DNA of 64,000 nucleotides from a virus (Duplodnaviria; Heunggongvirae; Uroviricota; Caudoviricetes): IMG/VR virus record IMGVR_UViG_3300020048_000080; one strand, 5' to 3'. Shown piece by piece: positions 18,826 to 28,249 of this stretch (position 1 is its first letter; each line of letters starts with the position of its first letter). The notes under the pieces were generated by a model. It saw only the letters and a program-made list of their open reading frames with translations, ran no database searches and was not told where the DNA came from. The position numbers and the translations under genes were made by a program.

Positions 18826-20316
18826 ATGGAATGTAAAAAAGATTTAGGTTGTCTTTTTATAAAATCAATTTTCAATAATTCAGAGATGTATTCTGTACTC
18901 GTTGATAAATCTGGTATAGTTGAATATTGTTCTGATAAATTTAAAAAATTTTTTGGTAATATAGATATTATAGGTAAAAAACTCTCAGAATTTATTAGCC
19001 CACCAGCATATGAAGAAATAAGAAAAATTATTTTAGAAGTACTTTTTACATCTAAACAAATTGAAAATGATGTTCTTTTTAATGATAATGCTTATTATAA
19101 AATTATTGCATATCCTATTTTTGATAGTAATGATATAAATAAGGTATCTAATATAGTTTTGACTGCATTTAATATAACACAAAGTAAAAAATTACAAATA
19201 GAAAATGAAGAATTAAAAAAGAAATTAGAAGATAGCAATTCAATTAAATCTATATTTTTATCTAACATTTCACATGAACTAAGAACACCAATGAATTCAA
19301 TTATAGGTTTTTCTCAATTATTATTGGAAGAAGATAATAGAGAACAATTAAATAGATTTTTAAAAACAATAAATTCAAATGCTAAATATTTAGATGAACT
19401 ATTAAGTAATATTTTAGATTATGCAAAAATAGAAAGTAATGAGTTTGATATACTTTATGAAAATTTTTCATTAAATGATTTATTAGAAGAATTGTATAAT
19501 ATATTTGAAGATGTAAATTATAGAAAAAATTTAGATTTTGTAAAATTGGAGTTTAGTAAATGTAAGGATAGAAAAATAATTTCTGATTATTTAAGATTAA
19601 AACAAATTTTATTTAATTTAATCAGTAATTCAATCAAATTTACTGAAAAGGGTTATATAAAATTATCATATAAAGAATGTCATGATTCAATAATTTTTAA
19701 AATTGAAGATACTGGAATAGGTATACCAGAAGACAAATTAGAATTTATTTATGATAGATTTTGGCAAAATGATAGTTCAAGTATTAAAAAATATAGAGGC
19801 ACAGGATTAGGATTATCTATAACAAAGAGTCTAGTTGAAATGCTTAATGGTGAAATATGGGTAAAATCAAAATTGGGAGAGGGTACAAAATTCTATGTTA
19901 AAATCCCATTAGAAGAAATTAAACAAGAACTAGTTATAGTAAAAACCAAAGATAAAATTAGTTTTTCAGGAAAAACTGTTCTAGTTGTAGATGAAATACC
20001 TATCAACTATTCTATGTTAACTATATACCTTAATTCATTGAATATAAATATGTTATACACTTATACAGGTGAAGACGCGATTAATATTTTTAAAAAACAA
20101 AAAGATAAAATAGATCTAATAATAATAGATATGAATTTACCAGATATGGATGGTGATGAATTGGCTAATAGACTAAAAAAAGAAGATGAAAAATGTATAA
20201 TTTTATCAAAATCTGGTACATCTCATAATAAAAATGAAAATATAAATAAACATTTTAAGAAACCAATTAATAAAAACAAACTAATATCTGTATTAGAAAA
20301 TATATGGCAAAAATAG
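18826..20316 (+). CDS. hybrid sensor histidine kinase (PAS-like sensor, HisKA, HATPase_c, C-terminal receiver domain)
   Basis: H-box 'SHELRTPMNSIIGF'; G-boxes 'IEDTGIGIP' and 'GTGLGLSITKSLVEMLNGEIWV'; receiver 'VLVVDE...IIIDMNLPDMDG'. Confidence 0.75.
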   Translation: MECKKDLGCLFIKSIFNNSEMYSVLVDKSGIVEYCSDKFKKFFGNIDIIGKKLSEFISPPAYEEIRKIILEVLFTSKQIENDVLFNDNAYYKIIAYPIFDSNDINKVSNIVLTAFNITQSKKLQIENEELKKKLEDSNSIKSIFLSNISHELRTPMNSIIGFSQLLLEEDNREQLNRFLKTINSNAKYLDELLSNILDYAKIESNEFDILYENFSLNDLLEELYNIFEDVNYRKNLDFVKLEFSKCKDRKIISDYLRLKQILFNLISNSIKFTEKGYIKLSYKECHDSIIFKIEDTGIGIPEDKLEFIYDRFWQNDSSSIKKYRGTGLGLSITKSLVEMLNGEIWVKSKLGEGTKFYVKIPLEEIKQELVIVKTKDKISFSGKTVLVVDEIPINYSMLTIYLNSLNINMLYTYTGEDAINIFKKQKDKIDLIIIDMNLPDMDGDELANRLKKEDEKCIILSKSGTSHNKNENINKHFKKPINKNKLISVLENIWQK

Positions 20317-20711
20317 ATTTTATAACTCTCGCAAAAATTATCTTTAAAGAAAAAGATAAATATAAATATGTTACAGATGAAGAAAAAGAATCTTCATTTT
20401 TTATGTTAAATAGAAAATTTGCATTAAAATATTTGAAACAAGCCGAATTTCTAAATTATAAAAGTATTGACAAGGTATCCGCAATTGATATTTGGTACCA
20501 GATTTTTTATAAAACAACTAATGGAACACCAGATTGGTGGTGGAAAGCAAAGGCAGAGGCAAAACCTAAAAATGAGATTAGTAATGTTGATATGAAATTA
20601 GTAAAACAATATTATAGTTTATCGGACAACGATATGGATTTTTTATATCACTATTATAGAGATGAATTAAAAGAAAATATTAAGAAAATTAAGAAATTTA
20701 AAAAATCTTAA
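20304..20711 (+). CDS. hypothetical protein
   Basis: ORF overlapping the end of the histidine kinase gene. Confidence 0.3.
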   Translation: MAKIDFITLAKIIFKEKDKYKYVTDEEKESSFFMLNRKFALKYLKQAEFLNYKSIDKVSAIDIWYQIFYKTTNGTPDWWWKAKAEAKPKNEISNVDMKLVKQYYSLSDNDMDFLYHYYRDELKENIKKIKKFKKS

Positions 20712-21712
20712 CTAGGTTCTGGTGTATCTATATCAGAATCTTTTGGTACTTCAAATTCTAGTTCAGGAGTATAAAATATTTGACTTACATCTTTTCCTAC
20801 AAATCGTTTTGGAACATCTAATAATTTAACAACTTTAGAATAGAATTTATCTGTCATAGCCCAATTTTTCAATTTAATTGTAATATACCTTTTTTCTGCA
20901 TTTTTATTAATTGTAAAAATTGCAGAGGATTTTATTACACAAATTTTCTTATCTTCTTCAAGATAAAAAACTAAATATTCATAAGGTAAAGAACCATTCC
21001 AGCATTCATAGTTATGTAAATCTATACTGGTATTATTAATATAGATTGTATCACCTTTTATAGTAAATTTGACTTTACCTCTAATATTTTTTACTTGAAT
21101 TGAATTTCTTTCACCAGTTGATCTATTTATTTTCCATAAGTCCATACCTTTCAAATCATCTTCTAGTTTTGCATAGGTTAATTCGTAATATTTGCTATAT
21201 AACATTGATAATACACCTCTAACTATTTTTTCACTTTTAGATGCTGATTTAGATGATTCAAATATCATACTAATAAATTCCAAAATATTTCTATCGTTTA
21301 ATATAGTTTCCCAATTTAAAATAAATTTTTTCAAATCTTGTAAATTATCATATTTATAATCAGTAAAACCTAACTTATAATTTTTATTAACCATATTAAA
21401 TACATGATTATTATTTGGTATTTTATTAATAATTTCAATTTTATGTGGATCTTTCTCTTTTAATCCTTGGATGTAACTTAAAATAATAGGACTATCACCT
21501 GAATATCTTAACATTTTTACATAAAGAAAAAGACGCATTAATGAATTATATCTTATTTGAGTATAATATTTTTCATTTTTTTGTGCATTTGCAAGTGCCT
21601 TTTCACTAAAAAACTCAAATTTAATATTAGGTATTTTAAATATACCATCTTCTTGCTTTATATAATCATTTATTTTGAATGGTATTGAAAAGTTCTCAAA
21701 TAATGTTATCAT
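20708..21712 (-). CDS. hypothetical protein
   Basis: ORF only. Confidence 0.35.
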   Translation of the reverse strand: MITLFENFSIPFKINDYIKQEDGIFKIPNIKFEFFSEKALANAQKNEKYYTQIRYNSLMRLFLYVKMLRYSGDSPIILSYIQGLKEKDPHKIEIINKIPNNNHVFNMVNKNYKLGFTDYKYDNLQDLKKFILNWETILNDRNILEFISMIFESSKSASKSEKIVRGVLSMLYSKYYELTYAKLEDDLKGMDLWKINRSTGERNSIQVKNIRGKVKFTIKGDTIYINNTSIDLHNYECWNGSLPYEYLVFYLEEDKKICVIKSSAIFTINKNAEKRYITIKLKNWAMTDKFYSKVVKLLDVPKRFVGKDVSQIFYTPELEFEVPKDSDIDTPEPS

Positions 21713-21736
21713 TTTAACTATAGTTTCTTTTATATA

Positions 21737-22459
21737 TTAAAAAAAATCTTTGAATTTTTTTATTCCTTCTTTTAGAGATTCAATAAAGTTGAAATCTTCC
21801 AAAAAAGATTTATAATCTTTTTTATATCCAGATTGACTCTCATCACTAGAATTAGATAAATATTGCCAATTAAAACTTAAAACTTCAGGAGTTTTAAATC
21901 CGAAAAAAGAAAGAACTCGTTTTTCTAATTTTACTGCTTCTTTACCATTCCAGTTATGACCAATCGCTACAATTCCTGCGTCTTTATCTTTTAATAAATT
22001 ACTTTCACCTAATGTAGTATGTCTATTTTCAAGCCATGTGAGTCTTTCAATTAATTGTGAATATATAGAATTCATCTTTCCCCATCTAATTGATCCGAAA
22101 AATATAACAATATCTGAGTTATAAATGGCATTTGCAACTTTATGCATTTCATCTGTTGGATTATTAATTGATGCCCAACATCTTATAAATTTTTCTGGAT
22201 TATTACTTTTAAGCATTGCATCTTTTACACCACAACCATTTCCATTTTTATTTGAAACATTACCCTCACAAGGAAATATCTTTAATTTAGATATATTTAT
22301 TATTTCTATTGATTTTAGTTTTTTTGATAGTTCATATGCAATCATAGAAGATTTTGGCATTTCATTTTCACCATTCCATCTATTTGATGTAGTGAGAAAT
22401 AATATCTTTTTATCTTCATTATCTTTTAAATATTTATATAATTTATTGAAATTGTTCAT
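21737..22459 (-). CDS. hypothetical protein, possibly a flavodoxin-like-fold NAD(P)H-dependent FMN reductase-like protein
   Basis: N-terminus 'KKILFLTTSNRWNGEN' resembles FMN_red/Flavodoxin_2 'KILVINGSPRKNS'; weak. Confidence 0.3.
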   Translation of the reverse strand: MNNFNKLYKYLKDNEDKKILFLTTSNRWNGENEMPKSSMIAYELSKKLKSIEIINISKLKIFPCEGNVSNKNGNGCGVKDAMLKSNNPEKFIRCWASINNPTDEMHKVANAIYNSDIVIFFGSIRWGKMNSIYSQLIERLTWLENRHTTLGESNLLKDKDAGIVAIGHNWNGKEAVKLEKRVLSFFGFKTPEVLSFNWQYLSNSSDESQSGYKKDYKSFLEDFNFIESLKEGIKKFKDFF

Positions 22460-22475
22460 CTAGATTTTCTAAATA

Positions 22476-22814
22476 TTGTTTTTTATATATATTAAAAAAT
22501 TAAATTTAATTTTGATAACTGAATTTTTCAATTTTCCAATATATAAAAAAGGTGATTATATTTTATTAAAAAAAATAGCAATAGAAGAGTATTATAAACG
22601 TTATAATTTATATAAATTTGCAAAAATTTCTGAAATATCAGGATATTCAGAAACATCATATGTACTAGAAGCAATATTCAATGACCCTCCTAAAATTATG
22701 AGAAAAATTGTAGGTGAATTTAATATACCAAGAGATCATATAGAGCGAAAATTAAACAAAAGAGAGATAGAAGAATTTGAGGTACAAAAAACAGCAATAA
22801 TGTATAACTTATGA
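22476..22814 (+). CDS. small paralog-family protein, C-terminus ...MYNL
   Basis: First gene of the tandem array; C-terminal '...YNL*' with an ATGA overlap onto the next gene. Confidence 0.35.
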   Translation: MFFIYIKKLNLILITEFFNFPIYKKGDYILLKKIAIEEYYKRYNLYKFAKISEISGYSETSYVLEAIFNDPPKIMRKIVGEFNIPRDHIERKLNKREIEEFEVQKTAIMYNL

Positions 22815-23152
22815 TTACTGAATTTAAAATATTTGAAAAATTAAATATTGGTAAACCAAGAGTTGGTGATTATGTTATAATTCAAACAAATCATAAAGAT
22901 CCCAGACTTATTAATTTTTTTGAGAATACAATAACAAAAATAGTTGGCACAAAAGATTTATTTGGTACTTTGCATTATATAGTATATTTTGATAATATTC
23001 CAGAAGAATTAAGTGAAATATTTGATTCACCTTTTAGAAGTAAAATTTGGAGAACTGAACACCATCACTTTACTATAGAAAACATTAAATATTGGTCTAA
23101 AAATAAAGAAGATTTAGAATACATATTAGCAGCAAATAAATATAATTTATGA
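22811..23152 (+). CDS. KYNL-family small protein (leader MITEFKIFEKL, VGDYVII, YWSKNKEDL, C-terminus ANKYNL)
   Basis: Motifs shared with the other array members. Confidence 0.5.
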   Translation: MITEFKIFEKLNIGKPRVGDYVIIQTNHKDPRLINFFENTITKIVGTKDLFGTLHYIVYFDNIPEELSEIFDSPFRSKIWRTEHHHFTIENIKYWSKNKEDLEYILAANKYNL

Positions 23153-23451
23153 TAACTAAATTTAAAATATATGAATCTATAAATGAAGGTGAGCCTATGG
23201 CTGGTGATTATGTTATTTGTAAACCAAAAAATCGGGGAACCGCATTTCAAAAATATGTTGACGATAATATTGGGAGAATTATGAAGGAATTTAAAGATGA
23301 TACTTATTTTAATGGAAAAAATATAAAAAATTTTTTGGTGAAATTTACAAATCCAACAACTTATGTTTTTAATAGAGATCAGATTCTATATTGGTCTAAA
23401 AATAAAGAAGATATGAAAGATATACAACAAGCAAATAAATATAACTTATGA
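23149..23451 (+). CDS. KYNL-family small protein (MITKFKIYE..., AGDYVIC, YWSKNKEDM, ANKYNL)
   Basis: Family motifs; ATGA overlaps on both sides. Confidence 0.5.
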   Translation: MITKFKIYESINEGEPMAGDYVICKPKNRGTAFQKYVDDNIGRIMKEFKDDTYFNGKNIKNFLVKFTNPTTYVFNRDQILYWSKNKEDMKDIQQANKYNL

Positions 23452-24638
23452 TTACAAAATTTAAAATATTTGAAAATTTATCAATGAAGATTGATTTACC
23501 TGATGATATTTATCAAATCAAAAAAGAATTTGATAAAGCAGGTAAAAAACTTTACGTTGTTGGTGGTGCGGTTAGAGACTTTTATCAGAAAAGAAAACCA
23601 CATGATATTGATTTAGTCACAGATGCTTTACCAGAAGAATCAAAGAAAATATTAAAAGGTAAATTTAATGTATCAGATGAGCAAGGTAAAAGTTTTGGAG
23701 TATTAAGAATATTTACAGAATCAGAACCTGCTGGTTATGAACTTGCAACATTTAGAAAAGATATATCAAAAGGTAGAGATACAAAAGGTGATGCACCAAA
23801 AGTTGAAATCGGAAAACATATCACTATTGAAGATGATGTTAATAGACGTGATTTAACACAAAATGCACTTTTTTATGATATTGATAAAGAAGAAATTGTA
23901 GATTTAGTTGGTGGCATCGAAGACATAGAAAAAAATGTAATCTCAGCCGTTGGGGAGGCTTCAGAGAGATTTATAGAAGATAGGTTGAGAATCTTACGAG
24001 TCTTTAGGTTCGCATCAAGAAGCCTATCTAAAATAAGTGATGCGACAATTGATGCAATCAAGAAAGATAAGAGATTAAGAAATATTTCAAAAATTGATGA
24101 TGTTTCTCAAGAAAGAATAGTTGAAGAATTTGAAAAAGCAGTTGATTGGTCATCTGAACATAAGAAAATTGAATCATTACATTTTTATTTAGAATTACTT
24201 GAACAATATGAAATGTTTAGTGAGATGTTTCCTGGTTTACATATTAATACACATAATATTAATACTTATAACTTACCAATTATATATGCACTTTTATTTA
24301 GAGATAATAATATTGAAAAATTAAGAAGTAAATTAAGAAAATATAAATTTTCAAATAAAACTGCTGATACTGCTTGTTTCTTATTAAGATTAAGAGATTA
24401 CTTATTAGATTTAGATAAAATTCCCGCATTATATAAAGAAAAAGTTAGATTTCATGTTGATAATGAAACTATTGAAGAATTTGCTGATTTATATGACTTG
24501 AATGATAAATATATAAATGCATTCTTAAAATATAAACCAAAAATAAATGCAAAAGAATTTATGTCAGGATTAAAAGATATTGAGATTGGTATGGAAAAGA
24601 AAAGAAGAGAAATAGAAGAATTTAAGAAATTATTATGA
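23448..24638 (+). CDS. tRNA nucleotidyltransferase/poly(A) polymerase family protein (CCA-adding enzyme-like) carrying the family leader MITKFKIFENL
   Basis: Head-domain motif 'LYVVGGAVRDFY...HDIDLVTDALP' (GGxxRD...DxD) from the PolyA_pol / CCA family. The first 11 residues are identical to the array leader. Confidence 0.6.
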   Translation: MITKFKIFENLSMKIDLPDDIYQIKKEFDKAGKKLYVVGGAVRDFYQKRKPHDIDLVTDALPEESKKILKGKFNVSDEQGKSFGVLRIFTESEPAGYELATFRKDISKGRDTKGDAPKVEIGKHITIEDDVNRRDLTQNALFYDIDKEEIVDLVGGIEDIEKNVISAVGEASERFIEDRLRILRVFRFASRSLSKISDATIDAIKKDKRLRNISKIDDVSQERIVEEFEKAVDWSSEHKKIESLHFYLELLEQYEMFSEMFPGLHINTHNINTYNLPIIYALLFRDNNIEKLRSKLRKYKFSNKTADTACFLLRLRDYLLDLDKIPALYKEKVRFHVDNETIEEFADLYDLNDKYINAFLKYKPKINAKEFMSGLKDIEIGMEKKRREIEEFKKLL

Positions 24639-24982
24639 AATATATAAAATTATTTGAATATAAAGATATTTCTCAATTATCAAAAGTTGGAGATATATTT
24701 AAATTGAATGTGAACTCAACTAAAACATTTATTGTTGAGGTTTTAGAAATTACTAAATATGGTCTAACTAAAAATTATGCTATAGATCTTAATATAATTT
24801 TAACTTATAATTTCAAACGAAATAGATGGATGAAATTTACAGATGAATCATCAAAAATTACATGTTTAGCAACATTTATTGATGAACATGGTAAATATTT
24901 AACTGAACAAGATTTAATAGAATTTGGTGATCTTTTAGATGATTATAAAATACAAAAAGATGCAAATAAATATAACTTATGA
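24635..24982 (+). CDS. KYNL-family small protein (MKYIKLFEYK..., VGDIFKL, C-terminus ANKYNL)
   Basis: Family motifs. Confidence 0.5.
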   Translation: MKYIKLFEYKDISQLSKVGDIFKLNVNSTKTFIVEVLEITKYGLTKNYAIDLNIILTYNFKRNRWMKFTDESSKITCLATFIDEHGKYLTEQDLIEFGDLLDDYKIQKDANKYNL

Positions 24983-25518
24983 AATATCTAAAAACATTTG
25001 AAACAAAAGAAAAGATTAGATTATCTATAAATGTTTCTTTATTTCCAAATCACGAAGGACTTAAAGAAAATGAAGAACCAACAACAGGGACATGGACGAC
25101 ATTTTTTGGATATAGTCATATAAAAGAAATTGGACATAAAATTTCCGATATTCTTTTTAGAAAATATTTTGGTACAGATGATCCATGTAAGGATTCACAA
25201 TATGGTCCTTGTAGACCTGAATATGAAACATATCCACAAGAATTGGCAAATTTATTAATATTTATTGGTGAATATGCTAGATTATCAGAAAAAGAAGATG
25301 AGGAAAGAACTTTGGAAAGATCAAAAAAGAAAAAATATTGGAGATATTCAAATGTACCAGCACCAATAGATGATAATGAAGAAGTTGAACTTGTACTATA
25401 CTTTAGTTCAAAAAAAGATGCATTAGATTGGTTAGATTTATTTGAATTTGTTTTAAATAATCCAGAGAAAAGAGATATGATAGAAGATTTTATGGCGGCA
25501 AAAAAATATAACTTATGA
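24979..25518 (+). CDS. KYNL-family protein (MKYLKTFE..., C-terminus AAKKYNL), longer variant
   Basis: Family leader and C-terminus. Confidence 0.5.
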   Translation: MKYLKTFETKEKIRLSINVSLFPNHEGLKENEEPTTGTWTTFFGYSHIKEIGHKISDILFRKYFGTDDPCKDSQYGPCRPEYETYPQELANLLIFIGEYARLSEKEDEERTLERSKKKKYWRYSNVPAPIDDNEEVELVLYFSSKKDALDWLDLFEFVLNNPEKRDMIEDFMAAKKYNL

Positions 25519-25799
25519 AATATCTAAAAACATTTGAAGGTAAATTATATCCACAAATAGGTGATTTTGTTATAGGAGATCCAACTAATTTTACATGGGC
25601 AAAAAATATAATAAAATCAAATATAGGAAAGATTGTAGTAGATTCAAATAAATCAAATAAAGGATTATATTATAAAGTTCTTTATGTTACAGATGTTTAT
25701 TCGGAAACATTCACATTACATGTGAATGAAATTTTATACTGGTCTAAAAATAAAGAAGATTTAGAAATATATATTCAAGTAAATAAATATAATTTATGA
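25515..25799 (+). CDS. KYNL-family small protein (MKYLKTFE, IGDFVIG, YWSKNKEDL, VNKYNL)
   Basis: Family motifs. Confidence 0.5.
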   Translation: MKYLKTFEGKLYPQIGDFVIGDPTNFTWAKNIIKSNIGKIVVDSNKSNKGLYYKVLYVTDVYSETFTLHVNEILYWSKNKEDLEIYIQVNKYNL

Positions 25800-26071
25800 A
25801 ATATCTAAAAACATTTGAAAGAAGATATGAACATAAATATAGATTAGGTGATTATCTTTTAGTTGATTCAGAGAATGACGGTAATAATCAGCCGTGTGTT
25901 GTTATTGAAGAACATGATAGAGGATTAGATGCCGCTAAAGTAAAATTTTCAAATGGAGAAGAATATTGGGCGTGGGAACCTTATATTATTAGAAGATTAA
26001 CATCAGATGAAATTGAAAAATTTGAGAAAGATTTAGAATTAAATTTAACCGCAAAAAAATATAATCTTTGA
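25796..26071 (+). CDS. KYNL-family small protein (MKYLKTFE, LGDYLLV, AKKYNL)
   Basis: Family motifs; last member of the tandem array. Confidence 0.5.
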   Translation: MKYLKTFERRYEHKYRLGDYLLVDSENDGNNQPCVVIEEHDRGLDAAKVKFSNGEEYWAWEPYIIRRLTSDEIEKFEKDLELNLTAKKYNL

Positions 26072-26397
26072 TAACGATGGTGAAAGGAAGGCAGCTTCCA
26101 CACACTAATAACTTTCGTCACTATCAGGACTTTAACCCGAACCCTCCACTTTAAATCACCATCTAACAAAACAATTCAATCAGCGTTTTCAATGGTCGCG
26201 ACTCCATCTACTTGGAAATCAAACTTGTTTTATATATCTTTAAAAGTATAAAAGACCTGAAAACTTTCGTTAAGTTTACTAGGTCTTTGTACACATTATA
26301 TTCAGTAATATCAGTCTTTTTAGTCATATTTTATCTCTCTCCCAATGTAATATTATATATAAAATAAATAAAATGGTTTTTTATTTATTTTTATTTT

Positions 26398-26949
26398 TCA
26401 CTTACATAAGGCGTCTGCGGAACTACTTGAACCATAAGCATATGGTTTTGACATAACTTTAAAACCACAAGCACATAACCATCCCATTACTTCTGTATAA
26501 AGTAAATTTGATTTATTATTAGTAGTTTTTCCACCATTTTTAGTTGTTCTTTTTGGATTGAAGTCAACGTGAACTTCAACTAATTTAGTTGGAATTGAAT
26601 TGTCATAATAATTCTTATCAAATTTATAGAAATATTTTTCTTCTCTTAATGATTCATCAAGAGATTCAGCGACATGATAAATGTATTCAACTTCTTTTCT
26701 CAATTTAGTTGTGATATCCTTTATTTTAGGAACTTTTTGAGTTGTATATACAACATGTGCACCGTGTCTTAATTTTTCATTATAAAATACAACAGTAATA
26801 GCATAACTGGTTTTGCGACTATGATTATCAGAGTCACAACCAACAATAACTTTTGCATTTCTATCTACATTCTTTATGTAGTCTAATACATAATGATTAA
26901 TGTTTGAAATTTTTTCTCCATTAAATTTTCTCCATACTAAATTTTCCAT
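26398..26949 (-). CDS. hypothetical protein
   Basis: ORF with 'VIVGCDSDNHSRK' and 'MGWLCACGF'; no confident family. Confidence 0.35.
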   Translation of the reverse strand: MENLVWRKFNGEKISNINHYVLDYIKNVDRNAKVIVGCDSDNHSRKTSYAITVVFYNEKLRHGAHVVYTTQKVPKIKDITTKLRKEVEYIYHVAESLDESLREEKYFYKFDKNYYDNSIPTKLVEVHVDFNPKRTTKNGGKTTNNKSNLLYTEVMGWLCACGFKVMSKPYAYGSSSSADALCK

Positions 26950-26969
26950 CGTTTTTATTTTATTTTTAA

Positions 26970-27003
26970 GTTAAAAAAAAGAGCCACTTTATAGGTGGCT
27001 CAA
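26970..27003 (-). terminator. intrinsic terminator for the minus-strand transcript (gagccac-ctttatag-gtggctc followed by a T-run on the minus strand)
   Basis: Hairpin with an A-run on the plus strand, which is a T-run on the minus strand; lies downstream of the minus-strand gene 27108..27359. Confidence 0.5.
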
Positions 27004-27107
27004 ATATACAATAATATCACCTACAACGTTATCGCAGTTCATCTGTTAGGATCGCTCCATTAAAACTCATAGTTGAATAATTTTTCATATGTTCTATATA
27101 TTAAAAT

Positions 27108-27359
27108 TTATGATAAGTTTTTTCTAATTTGTAAAAGTTTTTCTTTTCTATATATTTTTGTACTACTATTAAAAAAATTCTCAACTTCTGAGATTTTAAC
27201 TTGAATATCACCAGCTTTGGTGTAAAATTCAAATTTGTTAAAATTCATAAATATCTGTTTTGGAATAAAATTCATATCATCACCTTTATAGAATTTTTCC
27301 CTAAAAAATATTTTAGCAATTGTTAATTTTTCTGTATATTTTAGATTCTCAAAGTTCAT
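27108..27359 (-). CDS. hypothetical protein
   Basis: ORF only. Confidence 0.3.
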   Translation of the reverse strand: MNFENLKYTEKLTIAKIFFREKFYKGDDMNFIPKQIFMNFNKFEFYTKAGDIQVKISEVENFFNSSTKIYRKEKLLQIRKNLS

Positions 27360-27415
27360 TTCAGTTTTTATATTTTATCAAAAATAAATAATAATATATA
27401 AATAAAAAAATTATC

Positions 27416-27676
27416 GTGAAAAAAATTACATTTTTTCTTCTATTATTACTTGTAGGTTGTGACTTAAACTATAAACCAAATTATCAAATAAATAAAAGAC
27501 CACCTCCTATTGTTATAATATCCATTGATACTGCAACCAATTCCATTTTAATGAGAGATGGTGATAATCAAGTTTTTACGATTTACGATAATCCGACAAC
27601 AAAAGCAATTTCAAATTCTAATATAGTAGGTGATACCTTAAGATTTAAAAGAAATATTATCCGAAGAAGTTTCTAA
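27416..27676 (+). CDS. putative lipoprotein
   Basis: Signal peptide with lipobox 'LLLLLVGC'. Confidence 0.45.
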   Translation: MKKITFFLLLLLVGCDLNYKPNYQINKRPPPIVIISIDTATNSILMRDGDNQVFTIYDNPTTKAISNSNIVGDTLRFKRNIIRRSF

Positions 27677-27825
27677 TGATACAAAATATTTTAGTATATT
27701 TGATTATTTGTTTTGCAATAGTTTATACTATCGTAGGATTTTATAATTCTATTAAAAAGAAAGAAAATAATTGTAGTTCAAATTGTAGTTCAAATTGTAT
27801 AAAAAAGATTTCTAAACAAAATTAG
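27676..27825 (+). CDS. small membrane peptide with NCSS repeats (49 aa), not in the supplied track
   Basis: Hydrophobic N-terminus; 11-nt tandem repeats encode 'NCSSNCSSNC'. Confidence 0.2.
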   Translation: MIQNILVYLIICFAIVYTIVGFYNSIKKKENNCSSNCSSNCIKKISKQN

Positions 27826-27860
27826 ATATTTTTATTATAAATTAAAAATAAAAGGATTAA

Positions 27861-28214
27861 ATGAGACATTATAGAATACTAGAAAGAAAAAAAGATGAAA
27901 AAACATACATAATTCAATACACACATAAATTGTTTTTCGGACTATTTTTTTGGAAAAAATTAAATAATATGATATATTATAAGTATGAAGATGCTTTTAA
28001 TATAGTAAAAGGAATCATAACTCAAACTGATTATGAAACAATAGATTTTGGTTATCATTATATTGATGCGTATAAAATTTTCAGACCTAAGGAAACAAAG
28101 AAAATTAATGCCACACCAATAACTATAACAAAAACTAAAACTATAACATCAACCCAAATAGTTTCGGGTGGAGAAAAAAAACTGAATAAATCCACGTTCG
28201 TACCTAAAAAATAA
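27861..28214 (+). CDS. hypothetical protein
   Basis: ORF only. Confidence 0.3.
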   Translation: MRHYRILERKKDEKTYIIQYTHKLFFGLFFWKKLNNMIYYKYEDAFNIVKGIITQTDYETIDFGYHYIDAYKIFRPKETKKINATPITITKTKTITSTQIVSGGEKKLNKSTFVPKK

Positions 28215-28249
28215 TTTTTTAATTGCATATTTTTTTGTAACTTTGTGAT

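Larger units (their letters stand above)
22800..26075 (+). repeat. tandem paralog array with conserved roughly 35-nt gene junctions (consensus ...AAATATAAYTTATGAWWTATCTAAAAACATTTGAA...)
   Basis: Junctions at about 22806, 23144, 23443, 24630, 24974, 25510 and 25791 share near-identical nucleotides that encode KYNL-stop overlapping the ATG and then the MKYLKTFE or MITKFKIFE leader. Confidence 0.6.

Noticed and set aside
27775-27810. 11-nt tandem repeat (ttcaaattgtag, about three copies)
   Set aside because: Short and in frame within a small ORF, encoding NCSSNCSSNC. It is probably slippage-prone low complexity rather than a regulatory array.
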